A DNA stretch of 64,000 bases from the human T2T-CHM13v2.0 reference genome, Homo sapiens. Numbering within the stretch: position 1 is the first letter of the stretch; each line of letters begins with the position of its first letter. The notes under the pieces were generated by a model that had not been told where the DNA came from, did no database searches, and worked only from the letters and a program-made list of their open reading frames with translations. Shown in pieces: positions 46,131 to 63,384 of this stretch. Made by a program: the position numbers and the translations under genes. Location: NCBI RefSeq assembly GCF_009914755.1, contig NC_060932.1, one strand, 5' to 3'.

Positions 46131-46777
46131 CTTCATTACTGCTGAGGAGGAAAGAAAGAAAATCACCCCAGTCATGGAAGTACAGTGCAGGGATTCTAGA
46201 AGAACAAACTGAAATCCCAGAGACTTGGGAAGAATGAGGCGACCTCCTTGGGTCACTTATTTTGGGTTTCTGGAGCTCAGCTTCTGCATGTGTGAAAAGG
46301 AACAAAATAGGAAGTAATTTTTTCATAAGTACAATTCCCTTCTTTTTCAAGGCCACCTCAGTTCAGGATCACACTTTCCCATCTTATCTCAATATTTCTC
46401 CCATATAAAAAGTTGTTCTGATGACCATTAATTAAGGAATAAATCCAGGAAGAAATGGAAACAACAGCTCTTCCATAGCACAGGGCGATCTCCCTCCCCA
46501 AAAGTGCCCTCTGTGTGATCAGTATGACAACAAATCTCCTATGATGAGTGAATAGATAGCTGTAAAGAGTAAGATACTAAATGTATAGGTAATTGCTTTA
46601 ACACCTTACTCTCTGGGCTCAGCTACTTTCATATGTAAGAATCATTCTAGCTATTTTCATCATAAGCCCTTTTGTTTGAAAGAGGAAAATGAAGGGACCT
46701 CCTCTGAATATGGTTCAGGCAGATACTTATTTTCCATGGCTTGTGCCCTTTGGGTGGGCCATAAAGAAAGCAGGCTT

Positions 46778-47174
<397 letters not shown>

Positions 47175-47446
47175 TCAGGGAAAAATTCTCCTAACTCTTG
47201 GACTTGGAAGGTCTAAGCATACAACATGATAAGAACAACTGTTTCTTTTCCCTTCCATCCCATCTCATCCACAAAGGTATGAATTTCAGTTTTCCTTGGC
47301 ATTTCCATGCCATTTTTAATATATTTTTCTAGAATGATATACCAGTTCTAGATTAAATTGTAGCTTCTTCCTTGCAAGCTGTGGTGAAATTGTTTTACTG
47401 TTATGAATCTCATTTTCCCCCTCTACACAACGGGAATAATTCCTAT

Positions 47447-47853
47447 TGGCAAAGACTCTTTCCTTGTCCAAACTTGAGACAGGCACCTTTGACATTACCA
47501 AGTCAGTTTACTGAGAATCCTCACCCTTGATATCTGATCACCCTTCATATCTGATCAAGATATCTCATATCCTGTCTGCCATCTTTGATGTCTAAGCCCT
47601 TGGCCTGCCTTTAGCAAGAACCCTGTTAGGCCAGTTGAGCCAGAATTTCCCTACCCTGAAAGTCTTCTCTTAGCAATTTTCCATCTACTGTCCCTGCTCA
47701 CCCTACTTGTTGGCTATAAATCTCCACCTGTCTTTGTTATATTCAGATTTGAGCTCAGTTTTACTGAAAACTCTCTCCCTTGCTGCAGTAGTACTGAATA
47801 TCATCTGTCTTTACTACCTTTAACTAGTGTCTGGCTCTAGTTTCTGTTTGGCA
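47447..47853 (+). mobile_element. Solo ERV1 LTR (MER31/MER67-like)
   Basis: CAAAGACTCTTTCCTTG.CCAAACTT start, repeated ATATCTGATCA, GGCTATAAAT TATA-like box, ends TTTGGCA. Confidence 0.75.
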
Positions 47854-48149
47854 TTAACTCATAAGGTGATTATTGGATTAAACGATATTACTCATTTGTA
47901 GCTTGAAGATTTTTTCGCCAATTTAAGAAATGACAACTACATTTAAAGTCCATGGATATCTGACCCACTAGGGGACCTTATTAGGAAAAGTGACCCTGAT
48001 TTAACCTGCATTGCACCTTTTGTTCTGAAAAAGGCAGTGGCAGAGTTTTTCCTTGAGACTACTTTTGGGAGTTGGATAATCAATTTTGGCCATTGATACT
48101 TGGACTGTGTGTGGTGTTTTGAGGATTGTTCTTCTGTACCCTTCTACTG

Positions 48150-49270
48150 TGCCTATCTGGATGCTTTGGCCCAATACCCAATGTCTAGAGGCCAACTGGG
48201 TCTCTTCCTTCACTGCCACCCTCTCCATCCCATTTGCCTCTCTTGTTCTGTTTTCCATAATCCATGTCTTTTCTTTCTTGATCTACTCTCTTAATTTAGT
48301 CAATCATCACATCTTCCAGTAGCTTCCTGAAAAGAATACAGGAAAGATAATTTTTTGAGAACTTAAATGTCTACAAATATCTTTATTCTATCTTCACCCT
48401 ATATTGAAAGTATATAATTCTAAGTTGGACACAATTTAATTTGAAAAGTTTAAAAGCATTCCGCCATCATTTTCTAGCTTCCAGTATTGCCATGGAAAAA
48501 CATAAACTAATTCTGATTACTCATTTATCTATATATGAAGTATCTTGTTTTTCCGATTGGAAGCTTGTATGATTGTGCCTTATTCCCTTATTCCTATTTC
48601 TTGGAACTTTTTTGATAAGACAACTTGGTTGGATTTCTTTTTACCCATTGAACGGGGTTCCTGGTGCATCCTTTGAAACCAGAGACCAAGACATTGAGTT
48701 CTAGAAAATTAAAAAATAAATTTCTTAGATGATTTTCTCCCCTATGGTTTCTCTAATCTCTCTTTCTGGAATGCCTACTATTTGAATATTGAACTGCCTA
48801 GGCTATCTATAATATAAATAACATATATATATATATATTTGTGTAATATATATAATACTTATAATATACCAGCTATAACTATAACTATGTATAACTATTT
48901 AACTGTAGTCATGGAGACTGCCTCAATTTCCAAGACTATTAGATTTTTACTTTCTTCTATCATGTTCTTAATTTATATTAGTTCTTTAGTATTTTCTGAA
49001 TGTTCCTTTCTAAAAATGCCATTTTGCAATTGTTTTGTGAAAGCATTGTTTTTCCTTATGTCTCTAGAGACATTTGAGAAAATTTCATTTGCTTTTTCTC
49101 CTTGTATAGTTTCTGTTTCATGTTTTCTCTAAGTTGTTTAGTTCTGATTATTATCTTCTGTGTTAGAAAATTTTCCCAAATAAGTATCTGGTGACCTCCT
49201 AGCCATCCACTCATTAATAGAAAGGGAACCAAAGAACCAAGAGAAAGTTTGGAGCCCATGGGTGGGGCTT
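48150..49270 (-). mobile_element. HAL1-like fragment
   Basis: CACATCTTCCAGTAGCTTCCTGAAAAG...TGTCTACAAATATCTTTATTCTA is antisense to the motif seen at 4960-5020 and 6230. Confidence 0.65.
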
Positions 49271-49832
49271 GTGGACACTGGGGTCTAGCATGGGGTTATA
49301 TGACTAAGACTACTTCCTTGGGGAAAACTGTAATGTCAATACTTAATGTTTCTGCTCGAGCTGGTTACATTATCCAGATATTTTTGACCTTGGTCCTGAG
49401 CCTTCAGGCCTGACTGCTTCAGTCTAGGAGCATTCAGTATCCCCACATCTCCTGAACCTCTCTTCTCAGTAAGTTACCCCTGTCATCAACTGTCTCCCAG
49501 TCCAGACCTTATAAAGCTCTGGTCTTTTGTCAGGATGGATGAGGGACAGTCACCATGGGGATCTAAAACCTAGACAAATCCTAAAGCAGAATTCCAGGAG
49601 CCTTTCAATTTTGCTTTCAATTCCACAGATGTTTATGGATTCTGGGTTCTGGGGTATTGCTAAGGATGCTGTATGACTTTAACCATTGCTAGATTAGAAT
49701 TCAGCTTTGTAGAGCTTTCTAGTTTAATAACCATTCTCCCATCTGCTTTACAACTCCCATTCTCTTTCCTTCTGTCTCTTCTCCCATTCTCTTTCTGCAT
49801 ATGGATTTATGACTTTGCTCTCCCCTTAGTGG

Positions 49833-50282
49833 TGTGAACCCCAAATATCTGAGACAGGTCTTAGTTCATTTAGGAAGCTTATTTTGCCAAGGTTGAGGAT
49901 GTGCACCTATGACACAGCCCCAGGAGGTCCTGACGACATGTGCCTAAGGTGGTTGGGGCACAGGTTGGTTTTATACATTTTAGGGAGACATGAGACATCA
50001 ACCAACACACGTAAAATGAACGCAGGTTCAGTCCAGAAAGCCAGGACAACTCAAAGCAGGGATGGGGCTCCTGGGTCATGGGTAGATAAGAGATAAGTGG
50101 TTGTATTCTTTTGAGTTTCTGATTAGCCCCTCCAAAAGAGGCAATCAGATATGCATTTATCTCAGTGAGCAGAGAGGTGACTTTGAATAGACTGGGAGGC
50201 AGTTTGCCCTAAGCAGTTCCCAGCTTGACTTTTCCCGTTAGCTTGGTGATTTGGGGGCCCCAATATTTATTTTCCTTTCATA
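49833..50282 (-). mobile_element. Solo MER4A-type ERV1 LTR
   Basis: TGTGAACCCCAAATATCTGAGACAGGTC...TTTATTTTCCTTTCA; 4-bp TSD GTGG (49829-49832 / 50283-50286). Confidence 0.9.
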
Positions 50283-51684
50283 GTGGGGTTTTATTTTTGG
50301 AGAAGGAAACAGAAATAAATGTGTGTTCAGTGGTTACCTTTACTTGTCAGTGCATTCTTTTTAAAAGAGATAAACAATACTTCAGTGGAATTTCTCTTTC
50401 ACCGTCCAGAACCTCTGGGGATGTATGTGCCTAATGTGAGCAATACTTTGGTGGCAAAGTGGAGAAACAATGAGGAGATTCTGCACAGATGGTAGTCTAC
50501 TTCTCCCTTTTTTTCTTTTCTGTCAAAGATTAAGTATTTGGGTTATGTGAGTGACAAATTTAGTTCTTTCTCTATTTCTTCATGTTCACTCTCTGAAGCA
50601 AAGAATCCTTAGAAGGATGATCACACCTTGACCAGCTAGACTTTTTAAGGGTAAAAGTCAATCAATTTAAATGTCAATGTCAACTTAATGTCAGGCTGTA
50701 GAGTTAGAATTCTTCTCCATTCAAAATGTCAACCACTCCCTGTCCATGATTGGTACGAAATTGGAAATAGGTTATCTAGATAAACATACATCCAAGGTAA
50801 ACTCCTAGAGAATTTAAGAGTGGGGAAAGACATTCAGTTGGAACTAGGACAGCTAATAATGTAAAAGTACATTTATAAAAATCACAGTAATTGTGTCTAT
50901 TTAACTTGCAAAGCACAATACCCATTGTTATAGGATGTAAACAATTGCATGGATGGCGTTAGACCAGGAGGTATCTGGGTCCTTTTACTAGGCTTGGAAG
51001 TGAGTCAGGGCTAGTGGGCTATTTTGCTGGGTGACAGGGTACTGAATTGCAGAAGCAGCCTGAAGGAGTCTATTCAGAGTGGACTTATGGACAGGAGCAG
51101 AGTTTGTAGTGAGAGAGATAATTAGGCAAAGGGTGAGGTGCAGCAATGGACAGGAGCGGCCCATATGCAGGGGATTCCTGGGATGGCTGAGCCCAGGACA
51201 GATGGAGGAGGCCCCAGGAATTGACTGGAGTCAATTCAGGACTAAGGACATGTAAAGCCAGCAAGCACTGAAACCTCTTTTGTGAACTGCTGGCTACTTC
51301 GCTGGGGCCAATTCAATCACTTAATGAAGCAGCCCTAGCCTGGATGACCAGAATCAAAGTTCAAGGAAGGAGTAAGCTGTTTATGAAAGAGGTATCAGAG
51401 AGCACAGATTTTCATAGGATCACAGACATGTAAGAGGCATATTTGTTTAATGTCTTGATGAAGATACTCTTGCCAAGAATACAACACCCTGGTCTTGCAG
51501 ATATCCATTGATGAAGCAGTTTATCGAGTAATCAATATTACCATATCTAATCTTGGAGTCTTACTCCATCTCTCATTCTCCTTTCTTTCTCTCTGTCTCT
51601 GACCTCTTTCTCCCTCTCATATACTCTGTCTCTCTTCTCCCCCGTTTCCTCTCTGTGTCTGTTGTCTGTCTTCACGTCTGCGTG

Positions 51685-51788
51685 GCTCTGCTCTGCTCTC
51701 CTCTCCTCTCCTCTCCTCTCCTCTCCTCTCCTCTCCCCTCCCCTCCCCTCCCCTCCCCTCCCCTCCGCTCCTCTCCTCTTCTCTTTTC

Positions 51789-51828
<40 letters not shown>
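51685..51828. repeat. Compound microsatellite (CTCTC)n-(CCCTC)n-(TG)n
   Basis: Pentamer arrays ~51685-51775 followed by ~18 TG units at 51792-51828. Confidence 0.95.
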
Positions 51829-51830
<2 letters not shown>

Positions 51831-52339
51831 TTCTCTTTCCCTTGCTCTGCTTCCTCATACCAGGATTTATAAAAGAGCAAACAACTCTGCATGCAACCTC
51901 GAATTCTACACTACTCTGTTAATTACTACATAGTGAACCACTGTTTTCAAATACTAATGGAAGTGCCCCTCAGTATTTCTATGACCTCTTTGGAAGGATT
52001 ACACCAAGAAATAGGAGTCCTTTCCTGGATTTTAAGTTTTAAAAAAGTAGGTCTTTTCAGAAATGGGGGGAAAAACTTGGGTAAAAATAATAAATGAGAG
52101 AAATAGATGAAGATCCAAGCCATCTACTCCCTTCATAAGCCCAAGTTAGAACATTCTGGTTTGGAAGAAGAAAGCAATAAGGAAAAAACATTTTGGACTC
52201 CAGTGGGTTGGGTGTCTAATATGTGACCCCAGACTTTGTCCCTAGTACTTCTTCTGGATCTCAGTCTTATTGATTTGGAAGGGATATGGCAGGCTACTAT
52301 GTATTTCCTAATATTGATTTTCCCTTTTCTTCAGGGATA

Positions 52340-52980
52340 ACATTTTAAATGATCTGTGAATGTTTTTCTTTTGTCTATACCCTTGAAGAATATTTTTGTT
52401 GGGCAAAGAATTCTGAGTTTAAAGTTCATGCCACTACCCCCTCTACCTCACCTTTAAAGACATTATTCCACTGTTTTCTTGACTTCCTCTTTCCATCCCT
52501 CCCTCCCTCCTTCCTTCCTTCTTTTTTCTTTCAGCAGCAAATTCACTTGGCTCAGCTCAAAGTACAAAGTCTTTTTCCCTTGTGGTAGGCAGCAGCTATT
52601 ATAACTGTTCCATTCTTTCAACCTTATCTGTGTGGTTTGAAGTCTGTTCCAAGTAAGTGTAGTTGAGGCACCAGCCAAGGATTAGGGAAGAGTTTGTGTG
52701 CAGAATTTAGGACTCTCCCTTTCTGAAAATCTCCTTCATGTAATTTCTCCTCTCTCACTTCCCAACTGCTGTGGTTGTCTTGAACGTTGTCCTCTGCTTC
52801 TTCAACAGGACTCCAGGTTTCATCTTGAATTCTAGACTCAACTGGAATAACTGACTGGTTCTGCCCTCAGGCAAAAGTTTATAAAATGGAAAATCCGGTG
52901 TCATTTTTCTCCCATGTCTAGAGTCCAGTTTCTGCCTTCTCTTGGTCACTCTCCAATACCTTCAGGTAGTTGTTTTATAT
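52340..52980 (-). mobile_element. Very old L1M fragments
   Basis: TTGAAGAATATTTTTGTTGGGCAAAGAATTCTG...GACATTATTCCACTGTTTTCT is typical of antisense L1ME ORF1. Confidence 0.5.
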
Positions 52981-53172
52981 ATGTTTTGCTTATGTGTATG
53001 CATATACCAATCTTTCTCTCTCCAACACACACACACACTCTCTCTCATGCACACACATGGACAGAGGTTATAGTTATCTGTGGGATGATTGGTCTAATAC
53101 AAGATACTTCACCATTACTATAAGCAGAACTGTAAAACTCAATGTTACTAGGCAGTAAATGTTATGTCTAAG

Positions 53173-53348
53173 CCAGGGAAAGATAAACTATGGCTACATT
53201 TTTTTTTTTTAACTTATCGTATATGGCTGCTTTCAAGGTACAATAACAGAGTTGGGTATTTGCAATGCAGAACTGCTAAACCAAATGGCCCTCAAAATCT
53301 GAAATATTTACTATCTGGTCCTTTGCAAAAAAAGCCTGCCAATCCCTA
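53173..53348 (+). mobile_element. MER58A-like hAT DNA transposon
   Basis: CAGGG...AAACTATGGC start; AAATATTTACTATCTGGTCCTTTGCAAAAAAAGCCTGCCAATCCCT end. Confidence 0.8.
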
Positions 53349-54090
53349 ATCTGCAGGAATGGATAAACTGTATATCTTAGGCAATTCTATATAAATATTA
53401 CCTTTTGTTACTAGGATTTTGAAGATAATTAGATCATAGAAATTTTAATGTTACATTTTCTGGCAAGAATTTGGGCTAGAAACTCTGTATGTTGTTGATT
53501 AAATAGAGTTCTATATGCCTTGGTATGTGGAATGAGAATTAGGGCTTATAATTATTAATCGAGTGCACACAAGTAGTGAGGCCAGGATATGAGTCTGACC
53601 TAGGTCATGTTTCACCAAGATTTGTGTACTTTCCACGACACCTGAAGAACTTCCTCACTCTTAGGGAAAAAAATTCTTGTAATTTAGCATTTTGTGAAAC
53701 TCTGTGGAGAAAGCAATTACAGCTCTGACTTGAACTACTAGACACTCTTTTGAATCCTCTTTGGGCTAAGAACCTCTTAAAGTCAGAGGCCAATTGCTGG
53801 TCTCCTCCCTCCACTCCTTCTTTGCCTACTTTCTTTCCAGCTCTCTTTTGAGATAGACACATTGGCTCTTATGCTTCAGTATATCAATTCCACTCCAACC
53901 AGGGGTGCTATGAAAGATCCATGCTATTATTCATGCATTTCCATATGATATGTATCAATTCCTAACCCTGCTTGTCTTCCACCTCCAAAAACATTTTGTT
54001 TGTTGGTTAAATTGGGTAAATGACTGCCACTTTTCAAGATTAGGAATTTTATCCAAATTTCTTTGTTCTTAAAGAGCACAGAAATGTTTT

Positions 54091-54709
54091 TTTGTTTGTT
54101 ATTTTATTTTTATTTTATTATTATTATACTTTAAGTTTTAGGGTACATGTGCACAATGTGCAGGTTAGTTACATATGTATACATGTGCCATGTTGGTGTA
54201 CTGCACCCATTAACTAGTCATTTAGCATTAGGTATATCTCCTAATGCTATCCCTCCCCCTTCCCCCCCCCCAACCCACAACAGTCCCCGCAGTGTGATGT
54301 TCCCTTTCCTGTGTCCATGTGTTCTTATTGTTCAATTCCCACCTATGAGTGAGAACATGTGGTGTTTGGTTTTTTGTCCTTGCGATAGTTTGCTAAGAAT
54401 GATGGTTTCCAGTTTCATCCGCGTCCCTACAAAGGACATGAACTCATCATTTTTTATGGCTGCATAGTCTTCCATGGTGTGTATGTGCCACATTTTCTTA
54501 ATCCAGTCTATTGTTGTTGGACATTTGGGTTGGTTCCAGGTCTTTGCTATTGTGAATAGTGCCGCGATAAACATACATGTGCATGTGTCTTTATAGCAGC
54601 ATGATTTATAGTCCTTTGGGTATATACCCAGTAATGGGATGGCAGGGTCAAATGGTATTTCTAGTTCTAGATCCCTGAGGAATCGCCACACTGACTTCCA
54701 CAATGGTTG
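54091..54709 (-). mobile_element. Young 5'-truncated L1PA (about PA3-PA4) 3' end
   Basis: TTATACTTTAAGTTTTAGGGTACATGTGCAC; intact ORF2 C-terminal frame 54332-54703 (WKSVWRFLRDLELEIPFDPAIPLLGIYP). Confidence 0.95.
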
Positions 54710-55049
54710 TTTTAGACCAATGTGGCTGAAATTACCATTTTATTTATTGGCACTCTTAACTCTCCAGAAATGTGTTTCTTGATACAAAAATATTATTCAT
54801 AATTTATTTATGATGTTGTTACTTGATGAGGGGCAGTGGGAATCAGAGAGGAAGAATGAGAGTGGATGAGGCAATTGTAATTGTGACTTCATCTATAGTT
54901 ATTGATAAAGCCAGAGGAATTGCAAACAATTGAGTCAAATCAGTGAATAGGACACTGAATTTGGGGGAGGTCTGCATTTTTATATAAAAAAGTATTAGCA
55001 TTTGTTAACCCTGGATGGAGGATACATAATAGTTATACTTTTTTTCTGT

Positions 55050-55340
55050 TCTTTTGCATATGTTCCAGATTTACATCTCTAGCCAGGAACTCTGCTGTGA
55101 ATTTCAGCCTTGTGCGTATAGCTGCCCACCCACCATTTCCACTTACAGGTTCCATATACATCTCAAACTAAAAATGTTTAAAAGAAAAAAGAAAATTAGA
55201 GAAGGAAGGAAAGGAAAAGAAAGAGAGATGAAGAGAAAAAGAAAAAGAGGGAAGGAAGGAAAGAAATAAAGGAAAGAGAAGGAGGGAGGGAAACACTCAT
55301 TCACATCCCACCCTTTAAAACCTATTCTCTTCATTTTTCG
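55050..55340 (+). mobile_element. L2 fragment with an internal GA-rich tract
   Basis: CCAGATTTACATCTCTAGCC...CATCTCAAACTAAAAATG; purine tract 55180-55290. Confidence 0.55.
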
Positions 55341-55609
55341 AGATCCTCCTTTTGGAACAGAAATGCCTGTCCCCCAGCTGCTGGGAATATTGCCTGCTTA
55401 TCATTATTTTTTTAAATTATACTTTAAGTTCTAGGGTACATGTGCACAACTTGCAGGTTTGTTACATAGGTATACATGTGCCATATTGGTTTGCTGCACC
55501 CATTAACTCGTCATTTACATTGGGTATTTCTCCTAATGCTATCTCTCACCATCAACCCCCAACCCCATGACAGGCCCTGGTGTGTGATGTTCCCCTCCCT
55601 GTGTCCAAG

Positions 55610-59444
<3,835 letters not shown>

Positions 59445-59509
59445 TATGATATTAACTGGCTATTTTGCCCATTAATTGATGCAGTTTCTTCCTAGTATCG
59501 ACATTCTTT

Positions 59510-60536
59510 ATAATTTGGCATGTTTTGGGGGTGGCTGGTACTAGTTGTTCCTTTCCATGTTTAGTGTTTCCTTCAGGAGCTCTTACAAGGCAGGCCTGGT
59601 GGTCACAAAATCTCTCAGCATTTGCTTGTCTATAAAGGCTTTTATTTCTCCTTCACTTATGAAGCTTAGTTTGGCTGGATATGAAATTCTGGGTTGAAAA
59701 TTCTTCTCTTTAAGAATGTTGAATATTGGCTCCCACTCTCTTCTGGCTTGTAGAGTTTCTGCTGAGAGATCCACTGTTTCTCTGATGGCCTTCCCTTTGT
59801 GGGTAACCCGACCTTTCTCTCTGGCTGCCCTTAACATTTTTTCCTTCATTTCAACTTTGGTGAATCTGACAATTATGTGTCTTGGGGTTGCTCTTCTCAA
59901 GGAGTATCTTTGTGATGTTCTCTGTATTTCCTGAATTTGAATGTTAGCCTGCCTTGTTAGGTTGGGGAAGTTCTCCTGGATGATACCTTGAAGAGTGTTT
60001 TCCAACTTGGTTCCATTCTCCCCATCACTTTCAGGTACACCAATCAAACATAGATTTGGTCTTTTCACATAGTCCCATATTTCTTGGAGACTTTGTTCAT
60101 TTCTTTTTACTGTTTTTTCTCTAAACTTCTCTTCTTGCTTTATTTCATTAATTTGATTTTCAATCACTGATACCCTTTTTTTCCAATTGATCAAATCGGC
60201 TATTGAAGCTCGTGCATGTGTCACGTAGTTCTAGTGCCATGGTTTTCAGCTCCATCCGGTCATTTAAGGTCTTCTCTACACTGTTTATTCTAGCTAGCCA
60301 TTTATCTAATATTTTTTCAAGGTTTTTAGCTTCCTTGTGATGGGTTTGAACACATCCTCCTTTAGCTCGGAGAAGTTTGTTATTAACGACCTTCTGAAGC
60401 CTACTTCTGTCAGCTCGTCAAAGTCATTCTCCATCCAGCTTTGTTCTGTTGCCAGCGAGGAGCTGTGATCCTTTGGAGGAGAAGAGGTGCTCTGGTTTTT
60501 AGAATTTTCAGCTTTTCTGCTCTGGTTTCTCCCCAT
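59510..60536 (-). pseudogene. Disrupted L1 ORF1
   Basis: MGRNQSRKAENSKNQS... (60306-60536) and ...QEIWDYVKRPNL...RATPRHIIVRFTKVEMKEKMLRAAREKG (59583-60224), frameshifted. Confidence 0.95.
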
Positions 60537-61439
60537 CTTTGTGGGTTTGTCTACCTTTGGTCTTTGATGTTGGTGACCTAGAGATGGGGTTTTGGTGAGG
60601 ATGTCCTTTTTGTTGATGTTGGTGCTATTCCTTTCTGTTTGTTAGTTTTCCTTTTAATAGTCAGGTCCCTCAGCTGCAGGTCTGTTGGAGTTTGCTGGAG
60701 GTCCACTACAGATCCTGTTTGCCTGGGTATCACCAGTGGAGGCTGCAGAACAGCAAATATTGCAAAACGGCAAATATTGCTGCCTGATCCTTCCTCTGAA
60801 GGCTTTGTCCCAGAGGGGCACCTGCCTGTATGATGTGTCAGTTGGCCCCTACTGGGAGGTGTCTCCCAGTTAGGCTACACGGGGGTCAGGGACCTACTTG
60901 AGGAGGCAGTCTGTCCATTCTCAGAGCTCAAACACCATGCTGGGGTGAGAGTCGGGGAGAGAGTTTAGAGCCTGCTCTGGAGAAGGAGTGCCTGAGTCCC
61001 ACAGGTGCTTCCCAAAGTCAACGTTTGGAATATGAGGGGGAGGCTCCACCTTGGCCCTGCTCTCCAGATCAGCTTTGGATACAGAGCTATTGTTTGCCAT
61101 TGCTTTTGCTGCTGTTATTTTTTCTCAAAGTATTATTCATCTTCAGAACACACAAAGAGAAGTAATATGGGCTTTATTTGGGCACAGAACACCACTCTTA
61201 AATTTCTAATAAATAACAGGTGAAATGTTTGAAGGGGAGAAGAAAGTTCACATTTACTGAGAACCTGCTATGTGCCAGCACTTCACATATATAATTTCAT
61301 TTAATTCTTACTTAATGCATAGATCATCTGAATGTATAGTTTTTTCCCCATGTAATTAAAAAAACCTGGCTCTGTCGCTTTTTAAGAACTATCATTCTCT
61401 TATAGATTTGGATAAAAGTGGTGGAGGCCCCTGTCTTTG

Positions 61440-61895
61440 CCCACTCTGCTCTGACTACACTTACCTCCTTGTGTTCTTCAAACACAAGAGCACATCCCCA
61501 GCTTCAGACCTCTGATCTGCTCTCTATCTCTGGCTGGCCCCAAAAAGGGCCTCCAGGTGGGCCGCTCACCTCAATCTCAATCTTTTTCTTAGACCTCACC
61601 AAGTCTCCAAGTCCTTCCTGGTGACCCTATTTAAAATTGCACCTGCCTGCCGCTCTGTCTGTCATGGCATGTTTAATCCCACCTCACCTAGTCTGCTTTT
61701 ACTATTTTTCCATAGCACTATCACTTTTTCATCTACCATAAAGTATACTTATTTTCAGTTTATTATTTATTGATAGTCTGCTCCTTCTGGCATGTAAGCT
61801 CTGTAAGAGTAAGGATCTTTATTCTGTATCTAGCAGCACAGTGTCTGTCTAGCCCATCAGAAGTGGTCAAAAGGCTTTGTTGTGTGAGTGAATGA
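61440..61895 (+). mobile_element. L2 3' end
   Basis: CCTTCCTGGTGACCCTATTTAAAATTGC...TGTAAGCTCTGTAAG...GAGTGAATGA tail. Confidence 0.75.
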
Positions 61896-62789
61896 GTGGG
61901 CTTCCTCCTCTCCTTGGCCAATTGGTGCTATACTTGCTCTGCTGTACTTGCTCCTCTCCTCGTCTCCATTTCCACCCTGGGCCTCCACTCACTTTGAGGT
62001 TGGCCACCTCCTGGAACACGAGAGCCACCTTCTTTCTCTGATGCTTTGCTGCTACCACCCCATTGGCTTCAGAAAAGGGAATTACACACGTTTCTTCACC
62101 TTCTCACCCTAGGCACTTATTGCTGTAAACTTTAATTCCTCCAAGCCACCAATGCTCCAAGTTTGTGGCATATAATACTTTAAGTGACAGTTTGGAGGAA
62201 AATGGGGTGAATGGCAATAACACGCTGTACAGGGGTCAACTTTAAATAAAATGTCCAATGTCACTTCCTGATGCTAAACTTTTGCCAATCATTCCTGATC
62301 CACAGCAAACTTTTTGCTGGATTGCCTAAGGTGTCAACCTTCCACCATCTCCCTGCATCCCTTCTTCTTATGGTTACTACTTTCTTCCATCCCCACTTTC
62401 CTGGGTTTTTGGCATCTGATGAATTCCATCCTCTTCATCAAGAGTGTAGCTCTCAAGTTCATCTTAATTTATTGCACAGAGTCATTTTGTTTTCCTTTTT
62501 GTCATCATCACCATCCAAACCATTATGATGCTTCACTGTTTATAAGAAAGAGGCTACTGTATTTTGCTCAGTCCAATACCCATCTTACTCAGATCTCCAC
62601 CAAATAACCTGAGGAGCTGTGGGAGCTTTGAAGTTCCAATTTTATTTTCTGATTATGGGTTTTTGTAAGAGCCAGGCTGAATGTTTAGTCAGGTCTCATG
62701 ACCATCCGCCATGTCCCTAAGTGGAAAACATTTGATGGGAATCTGGCTAGATGAAGCCCCCGAGCATGAAGGCTAACGTTCTTCTCTTT

Positions 62790-62905
62790 ACCCTGGTAAT
62801 TCTTAACCCTTGCTAAATGCATGAATCATCTGAGGGAGTTATTAAAATTCCAGATGCCCAGGCACACCCCAGACCAATTAACTCAGAATCTCAAGAGTGG
62901 GACTC
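62790..62905. mobile_element. MER5-type fragment
   Basis: GAATCATCTGAGGGAG...CAGATGCCCAGGCACACCCCAGACCAATTAACTCAGAATCTC. Confidence 0.7.
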
Positions 62906-63384
62906 AGACTCCATCTCCCATGCTGGATGCAATATTGCCTACTCTGCAGTCGATTGAGAATCTCTGTGTGACAATTCCAGCAATTATAAGGTGGGAGTTA
63001 CCTGTTTTAGAGATATGAAGCTGAAGATTAGACAGATGAAATAGGTTACACAGCCTGCACAGCCAGCTCCTTGTGGAGGATATCAATCATGAGAGTACAC
63101 ATGAGTTCATACCCCAGAATTCATGTTCTTCCCATTAGAAGTAACTACCATTTCATCTCATAAGGGAGTTACACATGGAAACAAATAATTTCAGTATAAT
63201 GTTACAGTAGAAGTGTTGTAAATGCTTAACAATCACAGAAAGGAGATGATCTAACTTCATGTGAGAGGTCAAGAAGGGGGCTTTTGTCAACTTTTTCTTT
63301 TGCTGGACAGCCGTTGACATTTTGTTTTAGCCTGGTTTGACTTGGATAAGCAGGTTGAGAGGCAAAGAGAATGAAGTACCTGAG

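Noticed and set aside
51455-51605. Two TGATGA motifs as snoRNA C boxes
   Set aside because: No RTGATGA match, no suitably placed CTGA D box and no terminal stem
51547-51933. Repetitive ORFs (THTHTH, EERRG, SSPLL)
   Set aside because: Microsatellite translations
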